The notes: generated by a model not told the origin, from the sequence alone. A stretch of 64,000 nt of DNA from Cytophagales bacterium (GCA_020627945.1 JAHDFW010000001.1:5603-69602); one strand, 5' to 3'. Shown: positions 34,367 to 43,766, numbered from the stretch's first letter. A program made the numbers and translations.

Positions 34367-36529
34367 TTACTCCTTCCCACTAATCAATTTTGCTTTCTCC
34401 ACCATTCTGATATACTCGGAGCGATACCCATTTTTATCTTCGCCTTTTGCTTTGTTTGCTAATTCTAAGGCATGTGAATAAGATGACTCTCCTTTATACT
34501 TTGAATCTCTTAGCAGCATTCCAAATTCAGCAACTGAAGTCGCCATAGTGTAATTTAAAGAAGGACTCGATTTAGGGTTGTTTTTTACAACCGCCTGAAT
34601 CAATTTGCTCTTGTCTTCCTTTGGTGGTTTATATCGGAATTTTACCGTAAGAACCTCATTAGAATAAGTTGTGTCATATGTTGGGGTTGGAACGGTATAT
34701 TTTAATTCACTTTGATTTAATGAACCCTCTGTTCCAGTCGGTACCAATTCATACAAAGCAGTAATTGTATGCCCACTTCCTAACTCTCCTGCATCTTTGG
34801 TATCGTCATCGAAATCCTCACGAGCAAGTAAACGGTTTTCATACCCAATTAATCTGTAGCTACTTACTACCAGCGGGTTGAATTCTAATTGAAGCTTCAC
34901 ATCTTTGGCAATGGTTTGTAAAGTCCCTCCCATTTCCGTTACTAGTACTTTCTTTGCTTCAAGTACATTATCAATATAATTGTAGTTTCCGTTTCCGTTA
35001 TCAGCAATTTGCTCCATGGTCCCATCCTGAATATTTCCTGTACCAAATCCCAAAACCGACAAAAAGATTCCAGACTTACGTTTCTCCTCAATTAGTTCGA
35101 TCAGTTCATCTTGATCTGACATACCAACATTAAAATCTCCGTCTGTTGCAAGAATTATACGGTTATTTCCTTTTTTAGAAAAATTCTCTAAAGCTGTTTT
35201 ATAAGCCAATTCAATTCCTTCTCCACCCGCAGTTGAACCTCCTGCTTCCAAACGGTCTAAAGCTTCCATAATTTTTGGCTTATCATTACCAGCCGTAGGC
35301 TCAAGTACCAGACCTGCAGCGCCTGCATAAACTACAATCGAAACTCGATCTTCTTCTCTTAGCTCATTGGTAAGCATTCTAAATCCTTTTTTCAACAGAT
35401 CTAATTTATCTCCGGAACTCATAGACCCAGACACATCAATAAGGAATACTAGATTATTCTTTGGAAGTTGAGCTTTTTCGATGCTTTTTCCTTTAAGACT
35501 TATTTGTACTAACTTATGTTTCTTGTTCCATGGACAATCACCTAATTCAGTTGTTATCGAAAAGGGAATATCATCTTTAGGTTCTGGTAAATCATATTGA
35601 AAATAGTTGATTAGCTCTTCGATCCGAACTGCATCTTTTGGTGGCATTGATCCATCATTTATATGGCGACGCACATTGGTATAAGAGGCTCCATCTACAT
35701 CAATGGAAAAAGTAGAAACAGGTTCACTAAGCACTACTTTGAAATCATTTTCTTTGATTGAATTGTAATCTTCTCCTTTCAAATTTTCATCATATTCAAA
35801 TAAAACATCTGCACCTTTATTGGATTTTCTGACTTTTTCATCCATAGCGAAGTAAGACTCATTTTCCACAATAGCTAAGCCTATGCCTTGAGATGATACG
35901 GACCAAGTTCCTGCTTTTGCTCCGTCTACAGTACCTTGTAAATCATATGAACCGTTAGATGAATACCCATATAATGTTTTATCAGCCATGCCTACCGTTG
36001 TTTCAAATTCATATCGTGAATCTAATGTGTAAGCAACAGTTACCGAATCCATAATAAAATTCGGACTTGAATCCACTAGAGCTATATAAGTCTCCGCTTC
36101 TGCGAGTTGGTCCTCCTTGGAATCAATTTTAGTTTCGGTAGTTAGATCAGACTCTCGCTCTGACTCTTGAACCATCGTAATCTTTTCGACCTTAGTAATT
36201 TCTTGGTTGTTAGGCTCGATGGGTTCCACATATCGAAGTTTACTAAATTGTTCAGGGTTTTCAATTATCTCCAGACTTTCCGAGGCATATTGGGAGTCAG
36301 AGCCTTTATTTATTATTTTATTGCTACTGGTCATTGGCATGTAATTAGGCAATAACACCAGTACTCCAGCTATAATCACTAAAGAAGCTGCGGCCGACCA
36401 ATAAACCCATAATCGGCGGCTCTTTTTCTTATTCAAAGCTGCCTCTATATTTGACCAATTCTCTGGATTTGGTACTTCCAATTCCATTTGGTCGCGGTTG
36501 TCTTTTATATATTGTTCTAAATTTTTCAT
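34367..36529 (-). CDS. Membrane anti-sigma-like protein with extracytoplasmic vWA domain (YfbK-like: vWF_A N-terminal, VWA and DUF3520)
   Basis: It has a short cytoplasmic N-terminus and one TM (LWVYWSAAASLVIIAGVLVLL). The sequence VSTFSIDVDGASYTNVRRHINDGSMPPKDAVRIEELINYFQY is present. The VWA MIDAS motif is VFLIDVSGSMSSGDKL. The DUF3520-like tail is SYRLIGYENR. It lies directly downstream of an ECF sigma gene. Confidence 0.8.
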   Translation of the reverse strand: MKNLEQYIKDNRDQMELEVPNPENWSNIEAALNKKKSRRLWVYWSAAASLVIIAGVLVLLPNYMPMTSSNKIINKGSDSQYASESLEIIENPEQFSKLRYVEPIEPNNQEITKVEKITMVQESERESDLTTETKIDSKEDQLAEAETYIALVDSSPNFIMDSVTVAYTLDSRYEFETTVGMADKTLYGYSSNGSYDLQGTVDGAKAGTWSVSSQGIGLAIVENESYFAMDEKVRKSNKGADVLFEYDENLKGEDYNSIKENDFKVVLSEPVSTFSIDVDGASYTNVRRHINDGSMPPKDAVRIEELINYFQYDLPEPKDDIPFSITTELGDCPWNKKHKLVQISLKGKSIEKAQLPKNNLVFLIDVSGSMSSGDKLDLLKKGFRMLTNELREEDRVSIVVYAGAAGLVLEPTAGNDKPKIMEALDRLEAGGSTAGGEGIELAYKTALENFSKKGNNRIILATDGDFNVGMSDQDELIELIEEKRKSGIFLSVLGFGTGNIQDGTMEQIADNGNGNYNYIDNVLEAKKVLVTEMGGTLQTIAKDVKLQLEFNPLVVSSYRLIGYENRLLAREDFDDDTKDAGELGSGHTITALYELVPTGTEGSLNQSELKYTVPTPTYDTTYSNEVLTVKFRYKPPKEDKSKLIQAVVKNNPKSSPSLNYTMATSVAEFGMLLRDSKYKGESSYSHALELANKAKGEDKNGYRSEYIRMVEKAKLISGKE

Positions 36530-36542
36530 TGTTATCTGTAAG

Positions 36543-37076
36543 CTATGCTACCATTGATTTGGATAAAGAAATACGCAACAGCTGTTTTGCTCTTGCCAAT
36601 TGAGATTTAGACGTCGACTCAGAAATTTTCAATTCTTCTGATATATCTGAGTGATTATAGTCTTCCATTACCTTAAGAATAAACACCATTCGGCACCCAT
36701 CTGGCAATTGCTTAATGCAATCATTAATTACAGCAAAATCAACATTAAGTTGTTCCTCATGATCATTAGAAACTTCTTCAACAGGGTGATCATCAATATT
36801 CTCCCAGGAAACCCTGCTATTTTTCTTAATCTCGTTGACACATTTGTTAATTACAATCCGTTTTATCCATGCAGCAAAGGAGCCTCCTTTAAATTGATCT
36901 ATTTTGCTAAACACGGCAATAAACGCCTCTTGTAATATATCGTTTGCTTTTTCCTGATCTGCCAACATCCTCGAGCAAATGTTGTACATCGCTTTAGAAT
37001 ACCGAAGGTAGAGCTCTTTTTGAGCCTTCGGGTCATTCTTTTTGCACTGTTTGATCAGTAGTTCTTCCAATTGCAC
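36543..37076 (-). CDS. ECF-type RNA polymerase sigma factor (sigma-70 family)
   Basis: Region 2 is DILQEAFIAVFSKIDQFKGGSFAAWIKRIVINKCVNEI. Region 4 is MEDYNHSDISEELKISESTSKSQLARAKQLL. Confidence 0.9.
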   Translation of the reverse strand: MQLEELLIKQCKKNDPKAQKELYLRYSKAMYNICSRMLADQEKANDILQEAFIAVFSKIDQFKGGSFAAWIKRIVINKCVNEIKKNSRVSWENIDDHPVEEVSNDHEEQLNVDFAVINDCIKQLPDGCRMVFILKVMEDYNHSDISEELKISESTSKSQLARAKQLLRISLSKSMVA

Positions 37077-37224
37077 AATCGTATTTCTTTATCGGTTTTA
37101 CATTCTTTACATTAAAAACAACCGACTTACTAAAACGTTGGAATTTTTATTGAATTATTTTTTTTCAATCTCAATTTCTATCTACAGAATATTATTTTGA
37201 AAAAAAATGTAACTATTTCCAAAC

Positions 37225-37785
37225 TTGTTTACTAATATACTAAATGCCCATACAAAGAGTGTATTTAATCTTAGCACATTGAAGAACGAAGAATATTTTA
37301 ACCAACTGGTAAAAGAAAATTTAGATCGCCTGAATCGAATCAGCAGATTCTATATTTCAAACCAAGAAGATCGAAAGGATTTGTTTCAAGAAATCCTTAC
37401 CAACATCTGGAAGAGTCTTGATAACTTCAAAGACAAATCTAGTATTGAAACTTATATATATAGAGTAGCTGTAAATACAGCTCTTAATTTCCGTGGTAAA
37501 GTGCAACGAGAATTTAACGTTTCTCTCGATCCCGCCAATATTCACCTGTCCTCGTTTCAAGAAGATTTGGGTAAGCTCGAAAAGCAAAAGACCGAGGAAC
37601 AATTACAATGGCTAGAAAACCAACTCAACCTATTGTCTATAATCGATCGAACATTAATATCATTAATGTTGGAAGGAATGAGTTCTAAACAAATCGCTGA
37701 TATAATCGGCATTACAGAACCAAACGTAAAAACCAAAATTCATCGTGTAAAGCAAAAGCTAAAAGAGAACAGCCAAAAACTTTAG
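37225..37785 (+). CDS. ECF-type RNA polymerase sigma factor (sigma-70 family)
   Basis: Region 2 is DLFQEILTNIWKSLDNFKDKSSIETYIYRVAVNTALN. Region 4 is LEGMSSKQIADIIGITEPNVKTKIHRVKQKL. The start is uncertain: TTG at 37225, and a later in-frame TTG is possible. Confidence 0.85.
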   Translation: MFTNILNAHTKSVFNLSTLKNEEYFNQLVKENLDRLNRISRFYISNQEDRKDLFQEILTNIWKSLDNFKDKSSIETYIYRVAVNTALNFRGKVQREFNVSLDPANIHLSSFQEDLGKLEKQKTEEQLQWLENQLNLLSIIDRTLISLMLEGMSSKQIADIIGITEPNVKTKIHRVKQKLKENSQKL

Positions 37786-37811
37786 TCAACCACCTTAAAT
37801 GCAAAACGAAA

Positions 37812-38378
37812 ATGAACAATTCAGAAAATAAAATCGATCAAGTAATTCAGCAAGTACTTGATACAGATAAACATTCTAAAAAAATATACAACACTACTAA
37901 GTCAATTTACTACATAGCCATCTCAATTATGGCGTTTAAAATTATTGCCTTTGCCTTGCTTGGGCGGACCGACAGTCTAATTCAAGATTCAATTACATTA
38001 ATCTGTTTGATTGGTATTCTATGGACCTTAAATCGAATTAGAAACTGGTACACTAAGGTAGATTATTCTGCTCCAGTTTTTGAAGTTCTAAATTCGGCAT
38101 TTGAACGTTATAATTTGAAATCTTGGAAAGCGTATTTTCCTGCTACATACAGACTAGAGTGTTCAATACTATATATTTTATGTATCGGTGTATTAATATC
38201 CGTCCCTAAATCACTAACCCATGGGTTTCTAGTGAATTATTCCGCTTTAATAATTGGCATTTATTCTGGCCTTACAATTCTATTAATTCTAGGAATCTAT
38301 ATTTACCTATGGAAATCCAAATACAAATCTCTTTGTAACAATTTAACCGAATTACTAAAAGATCTTGAGTCCTCTTAA
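37812..38378 (+). CDS. Hypothetical polytopic membrane protein (possible cognate anti-sigma/partner of the upstream ECF sigma)
   Basis: It has about four predicted TM helices. It starts 26 nt after the sigma gene stop. No recognisable family. Confidence 0.5.
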   Translation: MNNSENKIDQVIQQVLDTDKHSKKIYNTTKSIYYIAISIMAFKIIAFALLGRTDSLIQDSITLICLIGILWTLNRIRNWYTKVDYSAPVFEVLNSAFERYNLKSWKAYFPATYRLECSILYILCIGVLISVPKSLTHGFLVNYSALIIGIYSGLTILLILGIYIYLWKSKYKSLCNNLTELLKDLESS

Positions 38379-38495
38379 AGGTTGTTTGAACAAACAATTA
38401 TCCAACCATTGACAAAGTATTTACGTCCTTAGAACAATAAGAGTCTAGATTTAGGACATATTTAAGCGTAACATTAAAAATAAAAAGTATTGATT

Positions 38496-38503
38496 TACTT
38501 TTG
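38496..38503 (+). promoter_or_regulatory. Candidate Bacteroidota -7 promoter box TACTTTTG
   Basis: It is an exact match to TAnnTTTG, 65 nt upstream of the ATG at 38568. Confidence 0.35.
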
Positions 38504-38567
38504 GTACTTTTAACAAAAAGCTATAACTTGTCTCTTGAATCTGTTAATAAACTTAAATAAAGTATAT

Positions 38568-39872
38568 ATGAAAAAATTATTTACCTTGATTACCGTGGCT
38601 GCAACAGCAATAACGATGCAGGCGCAAAACGTTGTAGACGTTACCTCCGCAAGTCCAGGTGACTGGAAAGGTTATATGAATGTATTCGATAACCCGAATG
38701 CTGGAGGAGCATTTCTATGGGGGAGTGCTTGGGGAGTTGCAGATATAAAGTCTGAAATTGATTCCATAAATGGAACGGTAGTACTATATCCTAATTTCAA
38801 CAATTATGATAGTACCAATGCTTATTGGACAGATACCGTAACTTTTGAAGGAAACAAACGTTGTGAAGCGTCGACTTACGTGGAGAGCGATTCTCTTTTC
38901 AACAACCAAGATTTAACGTTTGAAGGAAATATCTCCAGTTTCACTATTGATACTTCTAAATACGAAGTAAATCTATTTGTTAAAGCTTTAGATCCAAATA
39001 ATGGTTGGTCAGATGCTCTTGGCGGAGCTTATATTCAACCGGTGACAGGAACTGGAGAATTTTCTATTATGGTAGCTGGTTCTTCATTAGACACTGGTCT
39101 TGTAGTACAGTATGGGTTTAACGTGATTGGATTAAATGCGGATCCTGCTTTGGAATCACAACTAGGAAATGTGGTTGTTGGCATCGTTGTAGATTCTACC
39201 GCTCCAGTACCTGTAGAGGCGAGCTTAATGGCTGTTTCTGATCCTTGTTCAGTAGATACTTTAATGGCTCCAATGGCTGTTTCAAATGCCGGTGATACAA
39301 TAATGGGAACTACTATGAGCACTTTCCCTATTACGGCTACAGAGGTTGTAACTTGGACTTACACGGATTCTATTGGGAATAGTTTCGAACAAAACCAAAG
39401 TGTAGAAATTACTGGTTTAGTATCTACTTTCACAATTAGTGAATTAACCATTACTGCAGATGATTCTACTGTGTCTTACCAATGGATTGACTGTTCTGAT
39501 AATTCTCCAATCTCAGGAGAAACTAATCAAAGTTTCACTGGTACGGCAGGAAATAGCTATGCTGTAATCGTTTCAAGTGGAAACTGTTCTGATACTTCTT
39601 CTTGTGTTACGTTGGCAGCAGGTATTGCAAACAACTTAAACGATCAAATTTCTGTTTACCCTAACCCAACAAATGGTATGGTTAACATTGATTTTGGACA
39701 AATTAACAACGCGTCTGTAGAAGTGTTTAATGCATTTGGGCAAGTGATCATGAGCAGAGATGAAGTTTCTACTAACTTCCAATTTGAGTTAAACGAACGT
39801 GCTGGAATCTACTTCGTGAAGGTAAGAGCTACGGATGGTAGAGTTGGAAACTTTAAAGTTGTAAAACAATAA
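38568..39872 (+). CDS. T9SS type A cargo, adhesin-like paralogue of 10928-13381 (one unknown ~190-aa module, Ig/HYR-like domain and sorting domain)
   Basis: The ATG at 38568 gives the signal peptide MKKLFTLITVAATAITMQAQ. The module aligns with both copies in the larger paralogue (YMNVFDNPNAGGAFLWGSAWGV..., FVKALDPNNGWSDALGG, QYGFNVIGLNADPA). VVTWTYTDSIGN is present. The C-terminus is YPNPTNGMVNIDF...GIYFVKVRATDGRVGNFKVVKQ. Confidence 0.85.
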   Translation: MKKLFTLITVAATAITMQAQNVVDVTSASPGDWKGYMNVFDNPNAGGAFLWGSAWGVADIKSEIDSINGTVVLYPNFNNYDSTNAYWTDTVTFEGNKRCEASTYVESDSLFNNQDLTFEGNISSFTIDTSKYEVNLFVKALDPNNGWSDALGGAYIQPVTGTGEFSIMVAGSSLDTGLVVQYGFNVIGLNADPALESQLGNVVVGIVVDSTAPVPVEASLMAVSDPCSVDTLMAPMAVSNAGDTIMGTTMSTFPITATEVVTWTYTDSIGNSFEQNQSVEITGLVSTFTISELTITADDSTVSYQWIDCSDNSPISGETNQSFTGTAGNSYAVIVSSGNCSDTSSCVTLAAGIANNLNDQISVYPNPTNGMVNIDFGQINNASVEVFNAFGQVIMSRDEVSTNFQFELNERAGIYFVKVRATDGRVGNFKVVKQ

Positions 39873-39907
39873 AATTAACCTTAAGGGTTAAATAACTTAA
39901 ATACAAT

Positions 39908-39946
39908 AAAGTGAAAGTGGGCTCCTTTGGAGTTCACTTTTTTTTT
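39908..39946 (+). terminator. Rho-independent terminator
   Basis: AAAGTGAA pairs with TTCACTTT, with an inner CTCC/GGAG helix. A run of 9 T follows. Confidence 0.65.
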
Positions 39947-40228
39947 ACCCTTCATTGATGCATTTCCAAACGGAACCTCCTCGTATATTTTTTACTTTAC
40001 TTATCTTTTTGCAAAATCTTGCAGCAGAATTGTTAACCTGAGACAATGGTAATTTAATTTCTATTTACTCGTAAATGCAATAGAATCTCTACAACCTAAT
40101 GCCCAAACTCTACATGAATTTCAAAAGCGTTTTAAAATACTTAAAAACCAAGTGGGAGATCGCCGTTTTTAGGAATTCAACTAAACGATCTTAACCCACG
40201 TAGCCTCCATAAATCACCGCCTTTTAAA

Positions 40229-41050
40229 CTAGTCTTTTGAACGATAATAATTATTTTGATGAAAATCGCGAGAAGCCTGGTTGGTACCTTGGATGTCACC
40301 ATTAATCACGATTGTTCCTGAGTTACTTTGAATATTTATGGATCCTGCAAAATCGGAAGCAGGAGCATTCAACGAAACATGAGCTCGATTAGTAAGTACG
40401 ATCAATAACAAAATAAATTTGCGTGCACTGATGCCATTTTTCACTTTGGCTTCTTCATGTTCATTAACAAAAATTACGTTTTGTTGCTTTAGCTGCTCTA
40501 CATACACATGTTCTAAATCAACCAACGGTTCTGAAACCACATGAACAACGATGGCATTTTCTTTTACTAGTAAAGCCGTAAACCCATACTTCTCACTTTT
40601 TCTCTGCTCATTGAACATCTGAAGTTTAATAGGTTCAAACTTTATATTTTCAGTATACAACGACCAGAGTTTGACTATTTCAGATGATTTATCGTAATGT
40701 ACAATTACCTCTTCAACCTCATCCATAGAATCTCTCAACTGAAGTACTTCATAAAGTTCTTCTCGAAAATCATCATACGAAACGTATCCTAAATATTTTA
40801 GTATTAAGTCTATCCTGTTTGGATTCAAACCTATCGTAGATTTATTCTCCTTAACAGAATTAGCTAAATCACGATATCTATTATACAGATATTCTTTAGT
40901 AATTTCTGGATCGTTTAAGGGATCTGATTTTTCAAAAACCTTCTGGGCCAATACCTCGTAATCTCTAGATTCTGCTCGCTTTTTTACACCACCTTTTGCT
41001 TTGAACAGTTCAAACAAATAGTAAGTTTCGAATGTACTGTAGTCTGCCAT
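40229..41050 (-). CDS. Hypothetical cytoplasmic protein downstream of the LytTR regulator
   Basis: The most likely start is the ATG at 41050 (MADYSTFETYY...); the ORF-track start at 41074 is TTG. It has no signal peptide and no recognised motifs. Confidence 0.5.
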   Translation of the reverse strand: MADYSTFETYYLFELFKAKGGVKKRAESRDYEVLAQKVFEKSDPLNDPEITKEYLYNRYRDLANSVKENKSTIGLNPNRIDLILKYLGYVSYDDFREELYEVLQLRDSMDEVEEVIVHYDKSSEIVKLWSLYTENIKFEPIKLQMFNEQRKSEKYGFTALLVKENAIVVHVVSEPLVDLEHVYVEQLKQQNVIFVNEHEEAKVKNGISARKFILLLIVLTNRAHVSLNAPASDFAGSINIQSNSGTIVINGDIQGTNQASRDFHQNNYYRSKD

Positions 41051-41162
41051 AGTACCCCACGTTTTTCCATCCAAAGAAAACCGTTAATTGGTACTTTTCA
41101 TTGACGAATTTCTGAACGAAGGAAATTGCAGGCTGAACAGGCAAAATTATTACTTGAAAATC

Positions 41163-41885
41163 CTAGAAGGTATTCAACTTCGATAAAAACTCTTCTCTAT
41201 AGTGTTTACCAATAGGCAACTTTTGACCAGCAATAAAAACTTGATTATCCTGAATCTTATCCACCCACATCAAATTAACAGCAGTTGACTTATGAATTCT
41301 CACCAAATATTCACAATCAAGCTTACTCAGCAATAATCCCATTGACATGGATTTGTGAATCGGAATTGGATTATTTTTCATGTGTATTTTGCAATAAGAA
41401 CCGTCTGCGTCCAACCACAAGATATGTTCTAATCGAGCTCCAATAAGTTTGGAATCATCTTTAAAAAAAATAGGTTGAGCATTGGTACCCATCAGTTGAA
41501 CTTCTTTGTTGCTATGCAATACAGCAAGTTCTATGGTACTTTTTAAATCATTGAGTTGAAGAGGTTTACTGAGATAACCAAAAGGCTTAGTCTTATACGC
41601 CTGCTGTTTTATTACGTCATGTCTCAAACCAGTAACAAATATTACAGGAATATTATGACGGTGCTGAATTTCTTCAGCTAAGTCTATTCCATTTTCCTTA
41701 TCATTTAGGTCAATATCCATGAGTAACACGTCTGGCTTAACATCTTGAAGTAAAGCTTTCAATTCATTTCCATTTTTAGCTAGACCAGCAACACTAAAGC
41801 CTATCTTTTCAACTTTAATTTGTATATCTTTAGCTACAAGAGCATTATCCTCTACTATAGCAACTTTTAAAAGTTCCATTTTCAT
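41163..41885 (-). CDS. LytTR-family two-component response regulator
   Basis: The REC domain has VAIVEDN, VLLMDIDLNDKENG, IFVTG and LSKP. The C-terminal LytTR-like region is ILWLDADGSYCKIHMKNN...YLVRIHKSTAVNLMWVDKI. Confidence 0.9.
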   Translation of the reverse strand: MKMELLKVAIVEDNALVAKDIQIKVEKIGFSVAGLAKNGNELKALLQDVKPDVLLMDIDLNDKENGIDLAEEIQHRHNIPVIFVTGLRHDVIKQQAYKTKPFGYLSKPLQLNDLKSTIELAVLHSNKEVQLMGTNAQPIFFKDDSKLIGARLEHILWLDADGSYCKIHMKNNPIPIHKSMSMGLLLSKLDCEYLVRIHKSTAVNLMWVDKIQDNQVFIAGQKLPIGKHYREEFLSKLNTF

Positions 41886-41915
41886 CCTATTTTAGTCAGC
41901 TCAATAATTAAAAAA

Positions 41916-43766
41916 ATGAGAATTAATCTTTACACCTTAATATTATTAAACAGTATTTTTATAGTTGTACCTGCCTATTCTCAAGCAACTACCAACAACA
42001 TAAGTAGTGCAGAATTTACTAAAAGTCAAGCGGATAAACAATTAAGGAATGCAAATTTAGATTCCGCCGTTTATTATTACAAGCATGCAATCAAGGCGAT
42101 TAGCCCAAATGACGATCCTTATTTACTGGCAAAAATTCATAATAACATGGGGATTGCGTACACAAAAAAAAGAGAGATTGTTGCTGGAATTGATGAATTT
42201 GAAACAGCCTTGGAAATTTATTCTGAATTAGGAAATGACACTCTTTTGGCTCAAGCATACCTTAATCTTGCTGTGATGTACAAAAAAAGTTCAGCTAACG
42301 ACCAAGCGATGGATTATTTATTGAAATGTATTCAGCTCTCTCAACAGTTAGGACTTCAGAAAGAATTAGGTGCATCGTATAATTCACTAGGTAATATCTA
42401 TTTAGATCTAGGAAACAAATCGCAAGCGCTTAATTACATTAAAAAAGGGTTAGAGCAACGAAAACAAATTGGTCACGACTTTGGAATTGCCGGTAGCTTA
42501 AATAGCCTTTCAATCTACCACGAAGCAACAGGCAATATAGATTCAGCACTTTATTTTGCACATGAAGCCTTAATAATCAAGGAAAGTATTAGTAAGCCAC
42601 TTTACACCTCTTCAACCTATACTCAAATTGGAACATTACATACAAAACTCCGGCAGTTCGACAGTGCAAGGACATATATAAATCATTCAATATTTATTAG
42701 GCAACAACATGGGTCTAAACCTGGTCTTGCAGTCAACTACACCGTACTTGCTAATATTTTTTCTAAGCAGGAACAACTAGACTCCGCAAAATTCTACTTA
42801 AGTCAAGCCTTGGAATTGTTAAACCAAGAAAAAGATTTACAGGAAACACAAGACGTATTTGAATTGCTTTACCTTGTATATGAGGGTCAAGGAAAATACC
42901 AAAAAGCATTCGACGTCCTCAAACAATTGGACCGGGTAAAACAACTCTTATACTCAGAACAGGTTGAGAAACGCACTGTGGACATGGAGGTGAAATATCG
43001 AGTTTCACAAAAAGAGCAAAGAATTAAGCTGCAAAAGGCTGAAATCAAGGTGTTAAACAACCAAATTCTGATCGTTATTTTAATCACAATAATGGTTATC
43101 TTAACTCTAGGAGCATTATTCTATTTCTATAAGCAAGTTCGCGCACAAAGGGACAAAATTGAATCACAACGCAGAAAATTAGATATCCAACATAAGGAAT
43201 TTCAGCACCGAACTAAAAATAATTTTGCAATGCTTTCAGGAATATTTCAAACCATGAAAGAGCAATCTTCCAATAATAATCCAGCAGTAGTAATAGATCA
43301 AATCGATCAAAAATTGCAAGCACTCAATTTAATCAATAACAATTTGGACCAATGGGCAACTCTGAACAATAATCATTTCTTTATGAACTTGTATTTAGAA
43401 GAGTTAACGTACAATACAATGTTGTTTCACTCCATTCAACATCATCAAATTAAATTGGACTTACTTCTTGAGGAAACAGTTTGTTCTTATGATCAAATGA
43501 TGCTATTAGGTCTGGTATTCAATGAAGTTGTAACTAATGCTTTCAAATATGCTTTCCCAAACACAGCACATCCAGCTTTAAAAATTGTTTTGAATCAATC
43601 TGATAACGCGACCAACCTAACGGTAACCGACAATGGTCCTGGGTTTAACTCAAATAAAATAACTGGAAGTGGAAAAGTTCTTATTGGTCATTTAGTGGAT
43701 CAATTGAATGGCGTTTTCTCTTATGAAAATACAAGTACAGGGGTCCAGTTCACATTGCGTTTTTAG
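41916..43766 (+). CDS. Sensor histidine kinase with periplasmic/extracytoplasmic TPR repeats, one TM and a HisKA_2-type kinase core
   Basis: It has a signal peptide and many TPR units (AKIHNNMGIAYTKK, AQAYLNLAVMYKK, GASYNSLGNIYLDLGN). The TM helix is ILIVILITIMVILTLGALFYF. The H-box is EFQHRTKNNFAMLSGIF. The N-box is FNEVVTNAFKYAF. The G-box is VTDNGPGF. Confidence 0.85.
   Translation: MRINLYTLILLNSIFIVVPAYSQATTNNISSAEFTKSQADKQLRNANLDSAVYYYKHAIKAISPNDDPYLLAKIHNNMGIAYTKKREIVAGIDEFETALEIYSELGNDTLLAQAYLNLAVMYKKSSANDQAMDYLLKCIQLSQQLGLQKELGASYNSLGNIYLDLGNKSQALNYIKKGLEQRKQIGHDFGIAGSLNSLSIYHEATGNIDSALYFAHEALIIKESISKPLYTSSTYTQIGTLHTKLRQFDSARTYINHSIFIRQQHGSKPGLAVNYTVLANIFSKQEQLDSAKFYLSQALELLNQEKDLQETQDVFELLYLVYEGQGKYQKAFDVLKQLDRVKQLLYSEQVEKRTVDMEVKYRVSQKEQRIKLQKAEIKVLNNQILIVILITIMVILTLGALFYFYKQVRAQRDKIESQRRKLDIQHKEFQHRTKNNFAMLSGIFQTMKEQSSNNNPAVVIDQIDQKLQALNLINNNLDQWATLNNNHFFMNLYLEELTYNTMLFHSIQHHQIKLDLLLEETVCSYDQMMLLGLVFNEVVTNAFKYAFPNTAHPALKIVLNQSDNATNLTVTDNGPGFNSNKITGSGKVLIGHLVDQLNGVFSYENTSTGVQFTLRF

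Noticed and set aside
39873-40228. The long 356-nt spacer after the adhesin terminator might hide a gene or RNA.
   Set aside because: Only a 24-codon ORF is present (ATGCCCAAACTC...), with no supporting signals. The composition is AT-rich and there is no extended helix apart from the terminator and a trivial TTAACC/GGTTAA palindrome. Nothing here can be supported from the sequence alone.
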